This document shows positions 1 to 9,583 of a stretch of DNA of 64,000 nt, in pieces. The translations under genes and the position numbers were made by a program. Source of the stretch: an uncultured Gemmatimonadota bacterium (GTDB lineage Bacteria > GCA-2686955). Where the stretch lies: positions 124,001 to 188,000 of the forward strand of contig CAZBBK010000001.1 in NCBI GenBank assembly GCA_964490075.1. The letters are read 5' to 3'. The notes under the pieces were generated by a model, which was not told the origin of the DNA, ran no database searches, and worked only from the letters and a program-made list of their open reading frames with translations. The first letter of the stretch is position 1; the number at the start of each line of letters is the position of its first letter.

Positions 1-1273
1 TCGCCTCGTCGTCGTCGATCCAGCCGTTGTCGCACGAGACGTTGAAGACCATGCGTGCCCCGGGAACCACGTCGCCGACCGCGAAGTCCTGGTCGTCCGC
101 CCCCCAAGTCTGCCAGTCGTCGGGACCGCCATAGCCGCGGTAGTTGATCAGCCCGGCGCCGAGCGCGAGGGCCGCCTGCACATCGGCGTTGACGGCACCG
201 GCACCGCCATAGATGGGGACGAAGCTGAGCGCCTGGTTCTGGTGGGCCTGCACGATCCCATCGCTGAGGGCCGTGTAGCGCCCAGGGTAGCCGGCTTTGT
301 GGGCCACCATCAGCACCGTGTCGAGATTCGGGCCGCCGGCGCGCTCCCAACGCATAGTGGCGGCGATCTGCTCCGCCAGCTCGCCCTCGGTCTCGGCGCA
401 GAAGCGCCCCAGCGCCACGTCGGAGTAGAGGTCGTATCCGCCGACGGTGGTATACCAGTGTTCGGAGGGATCGCGGCCGCCGGGAAACACGGGAATCGAA
501 GGATCATCGCCCGCGAAGAGCACATGGGTCGCGCCGCGCTCGTAGTGGTAGGCGATCCAGTCCTTGATGGCGAAGGGCTCGGCGCCGACCTGAGATACCG
601 GCGTGATCGACACGTTGAAGCCGCGCCGGGTGCGCCACTCGGCCAGCTCTTCGAGGGCGGCGCCGGCGGCGAGATGATCGGCCGCCAGAACGACATAGCC
701 GGGAGCATCGGCGGCCGGCCACGGCGATCGTTCGACCACCTTGAGCTCCCCGGTCAGCTCCGCTTCGGGGAAGTCGATCTGGATGCGGGCGATCGAGAGC
801 AGCTCGAGGCCCCGTTCGGTCACCCGCAGAGGATCGACGCGCAGCGCGGCCACCCGGCGAGCGCCGCGTTCGGCCACCGGGCCGAGACGAATCGGCCGCC
901 GGTCGGCCGGCAGAAGCGGCAGCCCGCTGCTGTCGCGGGCCTGGCGCGGCTCTTCCCAACCCTCCAGCAGGCGGGTGCTGGCGGCGCGCACGTGCAGCAC
1001 CGCACGGCGCCCCGGCGGCACCTCTACGAGGCGCGTGAGACGGGGCAGAAGCGGTGCTCCGGGCGCCCCCTGGAGCGTCGCGCTCTCCATCCGATAAACC
1101 CTGCCCTCGGGCTCATCGACCGCCTGTAGATCGCCCGCTTCCACCCAGATCACGTAGGTGGCCGACTCGTCCCGGCGATCGACCTCGCCAAAAAAGGGCG
1201 CCGCCGGCGCGCTCGCGCCGATCGCCACCAATCCCATCAGCAGTGCCGCACAGGCCCGTGCCCATCGAGTCAT
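1..1273 (-). CDS. C25 (gingipain-like) cysteine peptidase family protein with propeptide; 3' end runs off the window
   Basis: Hand translation (absent from the ORF track because there is no stop in the window). GGAGGAG RBS, ATG at 1273, signal peptide MTRWARACAALLMGLVAIGASA, propeptide motif PGAPLLP..RLVEVP, then SEHWY..DVALGRF, GLINYRGYGG and VFNVSCDNG. Confidence 0.8.
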   Translation of the reverse strand, partial: MTRWARACAALLMGLVAIGASAPAAPFFGEVDRRDESATYVIWVEAGDLQAVDEPEGRVYRMESATLQGAPGAPLLPRLTRLVEVPPGRRAVLHVRAASTRLLEGWEEPRQARDSSGLPLLPADRRPIRLGPVAERGARRVAALRVDPLRVTERGLELLSIARIQIDFPEAELTGELKVVERSPWPAADAPGYVVLAADHLAAGAALEELAEWRTRRGFNVSITPVSQVGAEPFAIKDWIAYHYERGATHVLFAGDDPSIPVFPGGRDPSEHWYTTVGGYDLYSDVALGRFCAETEGELAEQIAATMRWERAGGPNLDTVLMVAHKAGYPGRYTALSDGIVQAHQNQALSFVPIYGGAGAVNADVQAALALGAGLINYRGYGGPDDWQTWGADDQDFAVGDVVPGARMVFNVSCDNGWIDDDEA

Positions 1274-1354
1274 CGATCTCCTCCACGATTCCTGGTGCGG
1301 AGCTCTCCTCGCGAGCTCCCCAACGCCCCGATTCGAAAGCCTAACCCGAGCTTC

Positions 1355-4300
1355 TCACTGCATGATCTCCAACTCGAAATCGTGCTGATCATAGACCACG
1401 CCGCCGACCGAGATCGACACCTGCACGCCGTAGAAGCCCGCGGGTGCACGCGAGTGCACCGGTCCCTCCACTCGCGCCGCATCGAGTCCCTGCGCGTCGA
1501 TATAGAGAGTGTCGAGGTTGGCCACGAAGCTCGGCCCATCATCCGGCAGCGAGACCAAGGTCTCGCGCACGATCGGCCCCTGGATCTGCAGATCGGGGTT
1601 GAAGACGTCGACCTGCATGCCGAACACCTCGCCGGCCTGAATCCACGTCGAGTCGGGCACCACCGTCAGCTCGAGGGTGTGGGTGAAGGGCAAGGCACCC
1701 AGATCCGCCACGCTGCCGTCGGCGTCGAGGGCGGAGCCCGGGTAGCCAGCGTCGATCATCGGCGAATGCGGGCTCAGCGCGAAGCTGGTATCGGCAAACT
1801 CGGGGTTCAGCTCCAGGTTGGATGGATCGGGAATCATGCCCGCCACCGACTCCGCTTCGTTGTTCCAGAAGTTGTTGTAGATCAGCACCGGCAAGGCGCT
1901 CTTGACTTCGAAGGCCGCACCGCTGCGGCCCTGCACCAGGATGTTGTTGGCCACCACCGCCTCGGCGGACTGCACCATGATCCCGGAGCCCTCGGCGGCC
2001 AGATTGCCGACCAGGGTGTTGTTGGCGATCAGCAGCTCGCCGCCGTCGGAGTAGCGCAACGCGCACCCACCGCCGCGACTGTCGTTGGCCAGATCGCTCG
2101 CCTCGTTGCCCACGAAGAGATTGGCGTAGAGCGTGCCGCCCACGTCGTCGCCGGTGGCGTAGAGCCCGCCGCCGTGGAAGGGCGTGGTGTTGGCATCGAA
2201 GCGGTTCAGGCGAATCGAAGGCGTCGCGCTCTGGACGTAGAGCCCTCCGCCGCCCGATCCGGTGGCCTCGTTGAGCAGGAACTCGTTCTCGAACACCGAT
2301 GCGGATCCGAGGGGATCCAGACCGTCGCGCACGATGGCCACCGCTCCGCCGGCGTGATCGGAGATGTTGTCTCGGAAGTGGTTGCCCTTCAGGTAGAGCG
2401 CGGCGTCGGTGGCCATCAGGGCGCCCCCTTCGAGCACCGCCTGGTTATCGATGAAGGTGTTGTTCATGATTCGGGCCGCGCCTCGGAGCACCGCGAGCGC
2501 ACCGCCGCCGTCGAGGGTCGCCATATTGTCGATGAAGTGACAGTTGATGATGGTCGGCGAGGCGCCATTGATCAGGATCGCCGCGCCCATGTCGGCCGTG
2601 TGGCCCTCGAAGCGGAAGCCGTCGACCGTAGCCGCCGCACTCTCCGCGTTGCCGATGGTCAGCACCGGTTGGCCGATGATGCCCCTCAACGCGGTGCTAT
2701 CGGGTCCGCCGCGCGCCACCAGTACGATGTCCTTGCCCTCGAAGTTGAAGGGTCCGGTGAAGGTGCCCGGCGCGACCAGCACCTGGTCGCCATCGAGGGC
2801 GCTTGCGACGGCGTCCTGGATCGTCGGGAACTCTGCCGACGGCACATCGAGGACCTGGCTGGAGGACATCGAAGCCTGGGGAGTGTTGCCGGCGAACCCG
2901 AGGTTGATCAGGCCACCGTTGGGCACCGGCTCGACCAGAGGATCGTTGTAGGGATTGATGCCACGGTCGATGCAGGGGCTGGAGGTCGAGTCGGCGACGA
3001 ACTCTTGCGCGTCATCGTGCCAGCTGCCGTTGGTCGACTGCAGGTGATAGTCGAAGGGCGTGCCGCCGACGAAGAGCGGATCTTCGCTCATGTCGCCGCC
3101 CCCCGGCGCCAGGCCTGCGTAATCGTGAGGTTCGTGTCCCCATACATCGTTGCGCCGCAGCTCGGCTGCCGACCCGGGCGCGGCGTAGATGCCCTCGGCG
3201 CCCTCATTGGCCGCCACGATCGTGTTGCGAATCGCCGGATAGCAGTCCCCGGTCAGGAAGAGCCCGGCTCCGCGTGCGGCGGCGTGGTTGTGGGCAACCG
3301 TCACGTTGACGAATTCCGGCTGGCCGCCGGCCACGTAGATGCCGCCACCGTCGCGATTGGACTGGTTGCCCGCCAACAGACAGCCACGCAGCTCGAGATC
3401 GGAGCCATCCACGACGTAGAGACCGCCGCCGCCGCCGTCATTGGCGATGTTGTCCAGGAAGCGACAGTTCTCAATGGTCGGCGCGCCGCCCAACACCGCC
3501 ACGCCGCCGCCCTGGGTGGCCAGGTTGTAACGGAACTCGCAAGCTTCGATCCGGATCTCGGCGTAGTCGAGCAGCAGCCCTCCGCCGCGGCTGCTGTTGC
3601 CACCTTCGAAGACCAGGCCGCTGACGCTGATCGACGGGTCGTTCACTCCCTGGATCCAGAGCAGAGGATCGCCCACCTGCCCGGGATCGCTCGGAGTGAT
3701 GACCACCTCTCCCTCACCGGCGTCGCCGACCAAGTTGATACCGACGCCGACCATCACCAGACGCTCTGCATAGGTCCCCGGGTGCACCAGAACCGTGTCT
3801 CCCTCGCCGACCGCGGCCAGGCCTTCGGCGATGGTCGGGTAGTCGTCGGGAACCTCGACCACCTCGCCGATACGCTGCACGAATTCGTAGGCGCCGATAT
3901 CGACACGATCACCTCCGCCCTCGGGCACGGGATCGCCCGGATCGCCGCGGTCGATCAGATTGGAGCCGGGCTGCAGACCGTAGAAGGGATCACTGTAGGT
4001 GTACTTTGGATCGCGTGACAATCGAGTATTGCTGTCGCCGAAGAGCAGGCCGCCCCAGTCGCCGCCGGGGGCGTTGGCGTAGCCGTTGCTGTGGGTGACG
4101 ATGGCCAGCGATCCGGGTGCTCCATAGACCCCGATGCCGTTGCTGGTGCTCGAGATCGAGCAGTTGCGCACGGTCGCCGCCGCGCCTCCGCCCACGTGAA
4201 TGCCGCCGCCGGCATTGAGCAGGCCGCTGTACTGGTCGTCGATGGTGCAGTTGAGAATGGTCGGGGCGGAGTCGGCTGCGTAGATTGCACCGCCCAGGCT

Positions 4301-6754
4301 GTCTGCGTGGTGGGTCCAGAGCACCGAGCGCAAGAGCTCTCCCGCGGCCTCCTCCACGAAGGCGATCGCTCCCCCTGACTCGGTGGCGAAGTTGTCGTGG
4401 ATCTCGAGACGGGTCAACTGCGGGTCGCCACGGGAGACCAGAATGGCGCCTCCGAGCGGAGCGGAGCTGTCCATGATCTCGCAGTCGTGGATCGCCGGCG
4501 AGGCGTCGTCGAGCAGGATCGCCCCCCCCTCGACGCCCTCGCCGTTCCCTTCGCGGAAGGTGATGCCGCTGATCTCGACGGTTCCGGCGTTGATGCCCGA
4601 CATGGTCAGGCAGCGCCGCGAATGATCGCCGTCGATGATGCTGACACCGGTCCCGTCGCCGATCAGCGACACCATCAGGCCGTTGATCACCACGTGCTCG
4701 TGGGTGGCGAAGTCGCCCAGGTGAATGGTGTCGCCGTGGGCGGCTTCGGCGAGCGCGGCGCCGATGCTGGCGTAGTCCGCGGGGACCTCGAAGCGCGCTC
4801 CCGGCGTGCGGGCCGCGGCCAGGGTTCCGGCGTAGGCGCCGAGATTGCGCCGCCCGCCGTTGGGGATCGGCTCGGGAGCCGGATCCAGCAGTGGATCGCC
4901 GGCGTCGATGCAGGGCGAGAGAGCGCCAGTCTTGCCCCTGAGCTCCTCGCCCTCGAAGTGTCCCGCCGGTGACGACAAGTGGAAGTCCCAGCTCGCGGCG
5001 GAAACGAAGAGCGGATCTGCTGAGATGCTGCCCGGCCCGGGGTCGATTCCATCGTAGTCGTTGCCGTTGTGACCCCAACTACAGTTGTACGAGAGCATCG
5101 GAGCCGCCGGCACGAGGACGCGCACTCCGCTGCCCTTGGTGCTGTGCGAAATGATGTTGCCGCTGATCGAGGGCGCCCCCCCCTGATCGACATAGATACC
5201 GCCGGATCCGCCGGGTCCGTTGCCGCCCTCGTTGTAGGCGATCGTGCAGTCGCGCAGCTCGCCGTCGGAGTCACGCCAGAACACTGCGCCGCCTTGGTAG
5301 GCCGCGGTGTTGTCGTGAAACAGCAGGCGCTGCACGATGGGCGCTGCGAGATAGACGCCAAGGCCGCCGCCGTAGCGCCCGGAGTAGTTGTTGCGAACGA
5401 CGATATCGGAGAGCGCCGGGGAGCACCAGTTGCGCACGTAGATGCCACCGCCGTCGCTGCTGGAGGAGCAATCCTCGATGATCAGATCGCGGACGGTGGG
5501 ATCCGCCCCTTCGATCAAGAGCCCGGCACCTCGCGTGTTGCTGCCCCGGCGCAGGGTGAACCCACTGATCCTGGTAGACGCGCTTTCGCCGCGGTGGATC
5601 CAGATCACGCTGGATGAGTCCCCGCCGTCGATGACGGTTAGCTCGGGACCGCCGCTGGAGCTCAGCTCCACCACCTGACCCATCAGGTCGAGGTTCTCGT
5701 GGTAGGTGCCGGGTTGGACGCGGATCAGATCGCCGCCCTGGGCGCTGTCGATGGCGGCCTGGATCGACTGTCCGGGCGAGACGTCGATCACGCGTGTGCC
5801 ATAGTCGTACTCGTGGGCACCGATGTCGATGCGCGCCCCGCCGCCCGCGGGAGGCGGATCGTCGGGATCGCCGACATCGATGCAGGGGGATTGCTCCTGC
5901 AGCTGATAGGTGCCGGGCACGAAGAGCGGGTCGACCGAGAGGCTGCCGGCGCCGGGGGTCACGTCGACGTAGTCGGGCGTGTTGCCCCACACGTCGTTGT
6001 AGCTGGCGTAGACCGTCGCGCTGCCGTCGGCCCAGATCCCGCTCGAGGAGCTCTGTACCGCGATGCTGTTGCGAAACACCACGTCGGACGAGTCGAGGAA
6101 GGCGGCGTGGGCCCCGACGTCGGCGGAGTTCTGGTCGAAGGTGCAGCTGATCACGGTCGGCGCACCGCGGCTGGCCCAAATTCCGCCGCCGGCGGTTGCG
6201 GCGCTGTTGGCGCTGACCAGGCAGCGCTCCAGCCAGGGCGAGCTGCGATACGAGGCCAGCGCCGCCCCGTAATCCCCCGCCGAGCAGAGCTGAAAGTGGC
6301 AGTCGAGCAGCAGCGGCTGGGCGTCGTTGAGCGCGTACACACCACCCCCGGCCGCGGCCGCGGTGCAGCCGACGATGCGCAGGTTCTTCAAGGTCGGCGA
6401 GGCGCCGTTCAGGTGTACGCCGCCGCCGTTGTCGTTTGCGCCCGCGCTCAAGGTGAAACCGTCCAGCACCGAGCCCGGCCCTTCCGCGGACCACATCACC
6501 ACGCAGGGATCGATGCCCCGGCCGTCGATGGTGGTGGAGTCCGGGCCGGCCGGCGCCCGCACCACGACCGCTTTCCCCTTGAAGTTGACGCGTTCGGGAT
6601 AGCTGCCGGAGTCGACCAGAATCGAGTCGCCGGCGGCCGACGCGGCGTCGATCGCCGATTGAATCGTGCCGTAGTCGCCCGGCACGTAAATGCGGATGGC
6701 GAATGCGCTGGGCAGCATGGACAGAACGAGTGCGGCGGTGGCGAGTACTCGCAT
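1355..6754 (-). CDS. Secreted 1799-aa protein with five tandem right-handed parallel beta-helix (pectin-lyase-like/Pmp-like) modules and a C-terminal Ig-like domain
   Basis: Signal peptide. Five modules start with a VPxDYxTIQxAI..GDxIxVxxGxY-like motif and end with DP.F...SPCIDxG...(D/N)xGA; many GG(A/G)(I/L/V) repeats. Confidence 0.85.
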   Translation of the reverse strand: MRVLATAALVLSMLPSAFAIRIYVPGDYGTIQSAIDAASAAGDSILVDSGSYPERVNFKGKAVVVRAPAGPDSTTIDGRGIDPCVVMWSAEGPGSVLDGFTLSAGANDNGGGVHLNGASPTLKNLRIVGCTAAAAGGGVYALNDAQPLLLDCHFQLCSAGDYGAALASYRSSPWLERCLVSANSAATAGGGIWASRGAPTVISCTFDQNSADVGAHAAFLDSSDVVFRNSIAVQSSSSGIWADGSATVYASYNDVWGNTPDYVDVTPGAGSLSVDPLFVPGTYQLQEQSPCIDVGDPDDPPPAGGGARIDIGAHEYDYGTRVIDVSPGQSIQAAIDSAQGGDLIRVQPGTYHENLDLMGQVVELSSSGGPELTVIDGGDSSSVIWIHRGESASTRISGFTLRRGSNTRGAGLLIEGADPTVRDLIIEDCSSSSDGGGIYVRNWCSPALSDIVVRNNYSGRYGGGLGVYLAAPIVQRLLFHDNTAAYQGGAVFWRDSDGELRDCTIAYNEGGNGPGGSGGIYVDQGGAPSISGNIISHSTKGSGVRVLVPAAPMLSYNCSWGHNGNDYDGIDPGPGSISADPLFVSAASWDFHLSSPAGHFEGEELRGKTGALSPCIDAGDPLLDPAPEPIPNGGRRNLGAYAGTLAAARTPGARFEVPADYASIGAALAEAAHGDTIHLGDFATHEHVVINGLMVSLIGDGTGVSIIDGDHSRRCLTMSGINAGTVEISGITFREGNGEGVEGGAILLDDASPAIHDCEIMDSSAPLGGAILVSRGDPQLTRLEIHDNFATESGGAIAFVEEAAGELLRSVLWTHHADSLGGAIYAADSAPTILNCTIDDQYSGLLNAGGGIHVGGGAAATVRNCSISSTSNGIGVYGAPGSLAIVTHSNGYANAPGGDWGGLLFGDSNTRLSRDPKYTYSDPFYGLQPGSNLIDRGDPGDPVPEGGGDRVDIGAYEFVQRIGEVVEVPDDYPTIAEGLAAVGEGDTVLVHPGTYAERLVMVGVGINLVGDAGEGEVVITPSDPGQVGDPLLWIQGVNDPSISVSGLVFEGGNSSRGGGLLLDYAEIRIEACEFRYNLATQGGGVAVLGGAPTIENCRFLDNIANDGGGGGLYVVDGSDLELRGCLLAGNQSNRDGGGIYVAGGQPEFVNVTVAHNHAAARGAGLFLTGDCYPAIRNTIVAANEGAEGIYAAPGSAAELRRNDVWGHEPHDYAGLAPGGGDMSEDPLFVGGTPFDYHLQSTNGSWHDDAQEFVADSTSSPCIDRGINPYNDPLVEPVPNGGLINLGFAGNTPQASMSSSQVLDVPSAEFPTIQDAVASALDGDQVLVAPGTFTGPFNFEGKDIVLVARGGPDSTALRGIIGQPVLTIGNAESAAATVDGFRFEGHTADMGAAILINGASPTIINCHFIDNMATLDGGGALAVLRGAARIMNNTFIDNQAVLEGGALMATDAALYLKGNHFRDNISDHAGGAVAIVRDGLDPLGSASVFENEFLLNEATGSGGGGLYVQSATPSIRLNRFDANTTPFHGGGLYATGDDVGGTLYANLFVGNEASDLANDSRGGGCALRYSDGGELLIANNTLVGNLAAEGSGIMVQSAEAVVANNILVQGRSGAAFEVKSALPVLIYNNFWNNEAESVAGMIPDPSNLELNPEFADTSFALSPHSPMIDAGYPGSALDADGSVADLGALPFTHTLELTVVPDSTWIQAGEVFGMQVDVFNPDLQIQGPIVRETLVSLPDDGPSFVANLDTLYIDAQGLDAARVEGPVHSRAPAGFYGVQVSISVGGVVYDQHDFELEIMQ

Positions 6755-7133
6755 CGATGACTCCGAGGCTCAGGGCGCGGGACGGACGGGGACATCCGCT
6801 ATCTCTGCAACTTGTGCGCCATATCAGAACCATCGCGCGCCAGCCGCCGGCTCCTTAGTCGCCCCGGCGCCTCCGCCGTGCCCGCCAGGCTCCGCCCACG
6901 CCCCTGCGCACTGCACGAAGTACGGTGTTTGACAGCGACTTCCGCCGCCTTCTCGGGTGCAAGCGCGAGCTCGCCACGAAGCGCTGAGAAGGCGAGCCGC
7001 GGCGGCGCGGCGGCCGATCTGTTCAGCGTTCGATCAGGCGAGGGGGAGCGTCGATGTGCGACGGCTGAACAGAGTCGCAGGGGCGGCTGCGCAGAGCGCG
7101 GACACGGCGCGCCGTGCTCCCCGGCCCGGGGGG

Positions 7134-7208
7134 TGGTGGGCGATCGCGGATTCGAACCGCGGACACAGAGCGTGTAAGGCTCCTGCTCTGCCTCTGAGCT
7201 AATCGCCC
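7134..7208 (-). tRNA. tRNA-Val(TAC)
   Basis: GGGCGATTAGCTCAGAGGCAGAGCAGGAGCCTTACACGCTCTGTGTCCGCGGTTCGAATCCGCGATCGCCCACCA: full cloverleaf, TAC anticodon, encoded CCA. Confidence 0.97.
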
Positions 7209-7450
7209 CCCGCTCCGGAGCTGTGGTCGCGAATCCCGATCAGAATCGCGGCCGGCACCAGCACGCAGTAGCCTATCACGAGCACGATCGGCGCAAAGGT
7301 GATCGAGCCCTGCGCCAGGGTCAGCCAGCCGCCGATGATGACCGCCAACGCGATGGCGAAGGTGATGTAGTTGCGCCGGTCGAAACCGAGGTCGTCGGCT
7401 TTGCGTCGGGCGCGGCTCTTGCTGGCTCGGTCCATGGTGGGCCGTCTCAC
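7199..7450 (-). CDS. DUF3098-like small membrane protein
   Basis: FxRRNY + TM helix, SITFAPIVLVIGY + second TM helix; GTGA overlap with the larE stop. Confidence 0.75.
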   Translation of the reverse strand: MRRPTMDRASKSRARRKADDLGFDRRNYITFAIALAVIIGGWLTLAQGSITFAPIVLVIGYCVLVPAAILIGIRDHSSGAGGD

Positions 7451-8271
7451 GGAGTCGGAGGGAGGGTGCTCACGTTGCCGGAACGGTAGCCCTCCAGATC
7501 GATGGTCACCAAGCGAAATCCGGCCGCCCTGACAAGGGTCAGGATCTGCTCTCGTTGCGGCGAGCGCAACAACCGGTCGAGATCCTCGCAGGCGACCTCC
7601 ACCCGCGCCAGCTCTCCGTGGTGACGCACCCGCACCACCGCGAAGCCCAGGTCGCGAATGGCCCGCTCAGCGCGCTCGATCTGCTCCAGCTTGGCGGCGG
7701 TCACGGTCGATCCCGCGGGGATGCGAGATGCCAGGCAGGGCTGAGCCGGCTTGTCCCAGTTGGGCAGCCCGGCGTGCCGAGCCAGCGCCCGGATCTCGGC
7801 CTTGGTCAAGCCGGTCTCGCGAAAAGGTGAGCGCACTCCCAACTCGGCGGCGGCGGCCATTCCGGGCCGGTGCCCGGCGGCATCGTCGACATTGGTGCCG
7901 TCGATCACGACGCCGCCCAGGTCGGCGCGCGCGATCTCGGCGATCAGGCTGTACATCTCTATCCGGCAGTGATAGCAGCGGTCGCCGGCGTTGGCGACGT
8001 AGGCGGGCCGGTCGAGCTCGGCGGAGCGGATCACGCGATGCGGCACGCCGATCCGCGCGGCCAGTCGGGCGGCCTCGGCGACCTCGGCGGCCGGCACCGC
8101 CGGCGACTCGGTGGTCACCGCCAACACCCGCTCGCCACCGAGTGCCTGGTGCGACTGGTGCAGGAGCAGGGTCGAGTCGACGCCGCCGCTGAAAGCGACC
8201 ACCACCGAGCCGAGCTCGCGCAGGAGTCCCCGCAGGGCGGCGCCTCGCTCATCGAGCTGGCGCTGGGTCAT
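7447..8271 (-). CDS. larE: ATP-dependent sulfur transferase LarE family (PP-loop)
   Basis: VVAFSGGVDS PP-loop, RCYHC, DGTNxDD..RPG, PAQPCLASRIP, RVRHHG; ATGA overlap with the upstream gene. Confidence 0.9.
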   Translation of the reverse strand: MTQRQLDERGAALRGLLRELGSVVVAFSGGVDSTLLLHQSHQALGGERVLAVTTESPAVPAAEVAEAARLAARIGVPHRVIRSAELDRPAYVANAGDRCYHCRIEMYSLIAEIARADLGGVVIDGTNVDDAAGHRPGMAAAAELGVRSPFRETGLTKAEIRALARHAGLPNWDKPAQPCLASRIPAGSTVTAAKLEQIERAERAIRDLGFAVVRVRHHGELARVEVACEDLDRLLRSPQREQILTLVRAAGFRLVTIDLEGYRSGNVSTLPPTP

Positions 8272-9563
8272 GGCAGCGGCGGAAGCCACGCGACGCTCGC
8301 CGCGGCGACCACCGGTGGCGGCGAGATCTCGACCGGAAAGACCTCGCCCTGGTGGAGTGAGACCGCTCTCGGCTCCGCCACCGACCGGCCTTCCCCGTCG
8401 AAGAGGATCGCTCCGGTGGTGCCGATGAAGTCGAGACCGGCCAGCAGGCGCTCGGTGACCTGCGCCGGCGTCAGTGCGCCCTGGCGCCGCAGGTGCACCA
8501 GCATCCGCACGCAGTCGTAGGCGTAGGCCGCCACCAGGCCGGGCGGCTCGCCGGAGGCCTCTTTGCAGCGGCGCACGAAGTCGCGCGTGGCGGGATCGGT
8601 GGAGTGCTCGTTGAAGGGTGCGGTGAACACCGCGCCGCCCACGTACTGATCGCCGAGCTCGAGGGTCTCGTCGGCGAGCCAGCCGTTGGCTCCGAGCAGC
8701 ACGGCGTGCACGTCGCGAAAGAGCAGAAGCGGCGCCAGGCGCGCCACGTGCGCAGCGGGCATCGGCATGAACACGCCGTCGGGATGCAGTTCCTTGACGC
8801 GCAGTGCGATCGGATCGAATTGCGGGGCCGCCGCGGGATACGACTCCGCGCCCAGCACCTGCCCGCCGCCGGCCTCGAAGAGCATCCGAAAGGCCGCCGC
8901 CACGGTCTCGCCGTAGGCGGTGTTGGCATGCACGATCGCGACCTTGCGGCAGTGGAAGAGATCGGCGGCGATGCGCGCCATGCGCCGCCCCTGAGCCTCG
9001 TTGGAGACGTTCAGCTGGAAGATGTTGCGCCCCAGGGCGGCGACCCGCCGGTCGGTGGCGGTCGGCGAGATCAAAGGGATCGCAAGCGCCTCCGCGACCG
9101 CGGCGGCACCGACCGCCACCTCGCTGAGCAGGGGGCCGACGATGCAGGCGACCGAATCGGTGTCGATCAGCTCCTTGGCGGCGGTCACCGCCCGGAAGGG
9201 ATCGCCGGCGGTGTCGCGCACGAAGAGCTCGATCGGGTCGTCGCCGACGGCCAGCCGCGCCGCACCGACCGCCTGACGCCCGAGCTCGGAGCGGCGGCCG
9301 GTCAGAGGCAGCAGCAGTCCGATCCGGCCCTCTCGTTGCGCAGGCGCCTCGACAGCCACCGGGGAGGTCGGAGCCACCGGCTCGGACGGAATCGCCTCGG
9401 TTTCGATCACCGGCACCGGCGCGGGCGGCGGCTTGCGCAGCGGCCGCGGCGGCGGTGCCTGTCGGGCGCAGCCGGCCAGCGCCACGAGGGCCGCGCAGAT
9501 GGCCGCCATGGTGCCGCGTCGACGTCCCAACGCGCGGCAGCCCGCAACAGATGGTCGTCTCAC
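8268..9563 (-). CDS. Lipoprotein, LpoA/LppC-like or LivJ-type periplasmic binding protein
   Basis: Lipobox LAGC, Pro-rich linker, IGLLLPLTG, IVGPLLS, LISPTAT, AAYAYD. Confidence 0.75.
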   Translation of the reverse strand: MRRPSVAGCRALGRRRGTMAAICAALVALAGCARQAPPPRPLRKPPPAPVPVIETEAIPSEPVAPTSPVAVEAPAQREGRIGLLLPLTGRRSELGRQAVGAARLAVGDDPIELFVRDTAGDPFRAVTAAKELIDTDSVACIVGPLLSEVAVGAAAVAEALAIPLISPTATDRRVAALGRNIFQLNVSNEAQGRRMARIAADLFHCRKVAIVHANTAYGETVAAAFRMLFEAGGGQVLGAESYPAAAPQFDPIALRVKELHPDGVFMPMPAAHVARLAPLLLFRDVHAVLLGANGWLADETLELGDQYVGGAVFTAPFNEHSTDPATRDFVRRCKEASGEPPGLVAAYAYDCVRMLVHLRRQGALTPAQVTERLLAGLDFIGTTGAILFDGEGRSVAEPRAVSLHQGEVFPVEISPPPVVAAASVAWLPPLP

Positions 9564-9583
9564 CGAATCACCTCAGGCCGCAG

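Noticed and set aside
820-1010. Apparent frameshift in the C25 gene near the Cys-rich 61-aa ORF
   Set aside because: Recounting the G run shows the C25 frame is continuous; the small ORF is an alternate-frame artefact.
1295-4018. 907-aa plus-strand ORF and other long antisense ORFs (e.g. 12125-14113, 20808-22541, 46976-48847, 53292-56870, 60676-62544)
   Set aside because: They are shadows of well-supported genes on the opposite strand; high GC suppresses stops and they have no recognisable motifs.
6760-7134. Possible integrative element at the tRNA-Val 3' end
   Set aside because: No integrase and no duplicated tRNA 3' end seen in the window.
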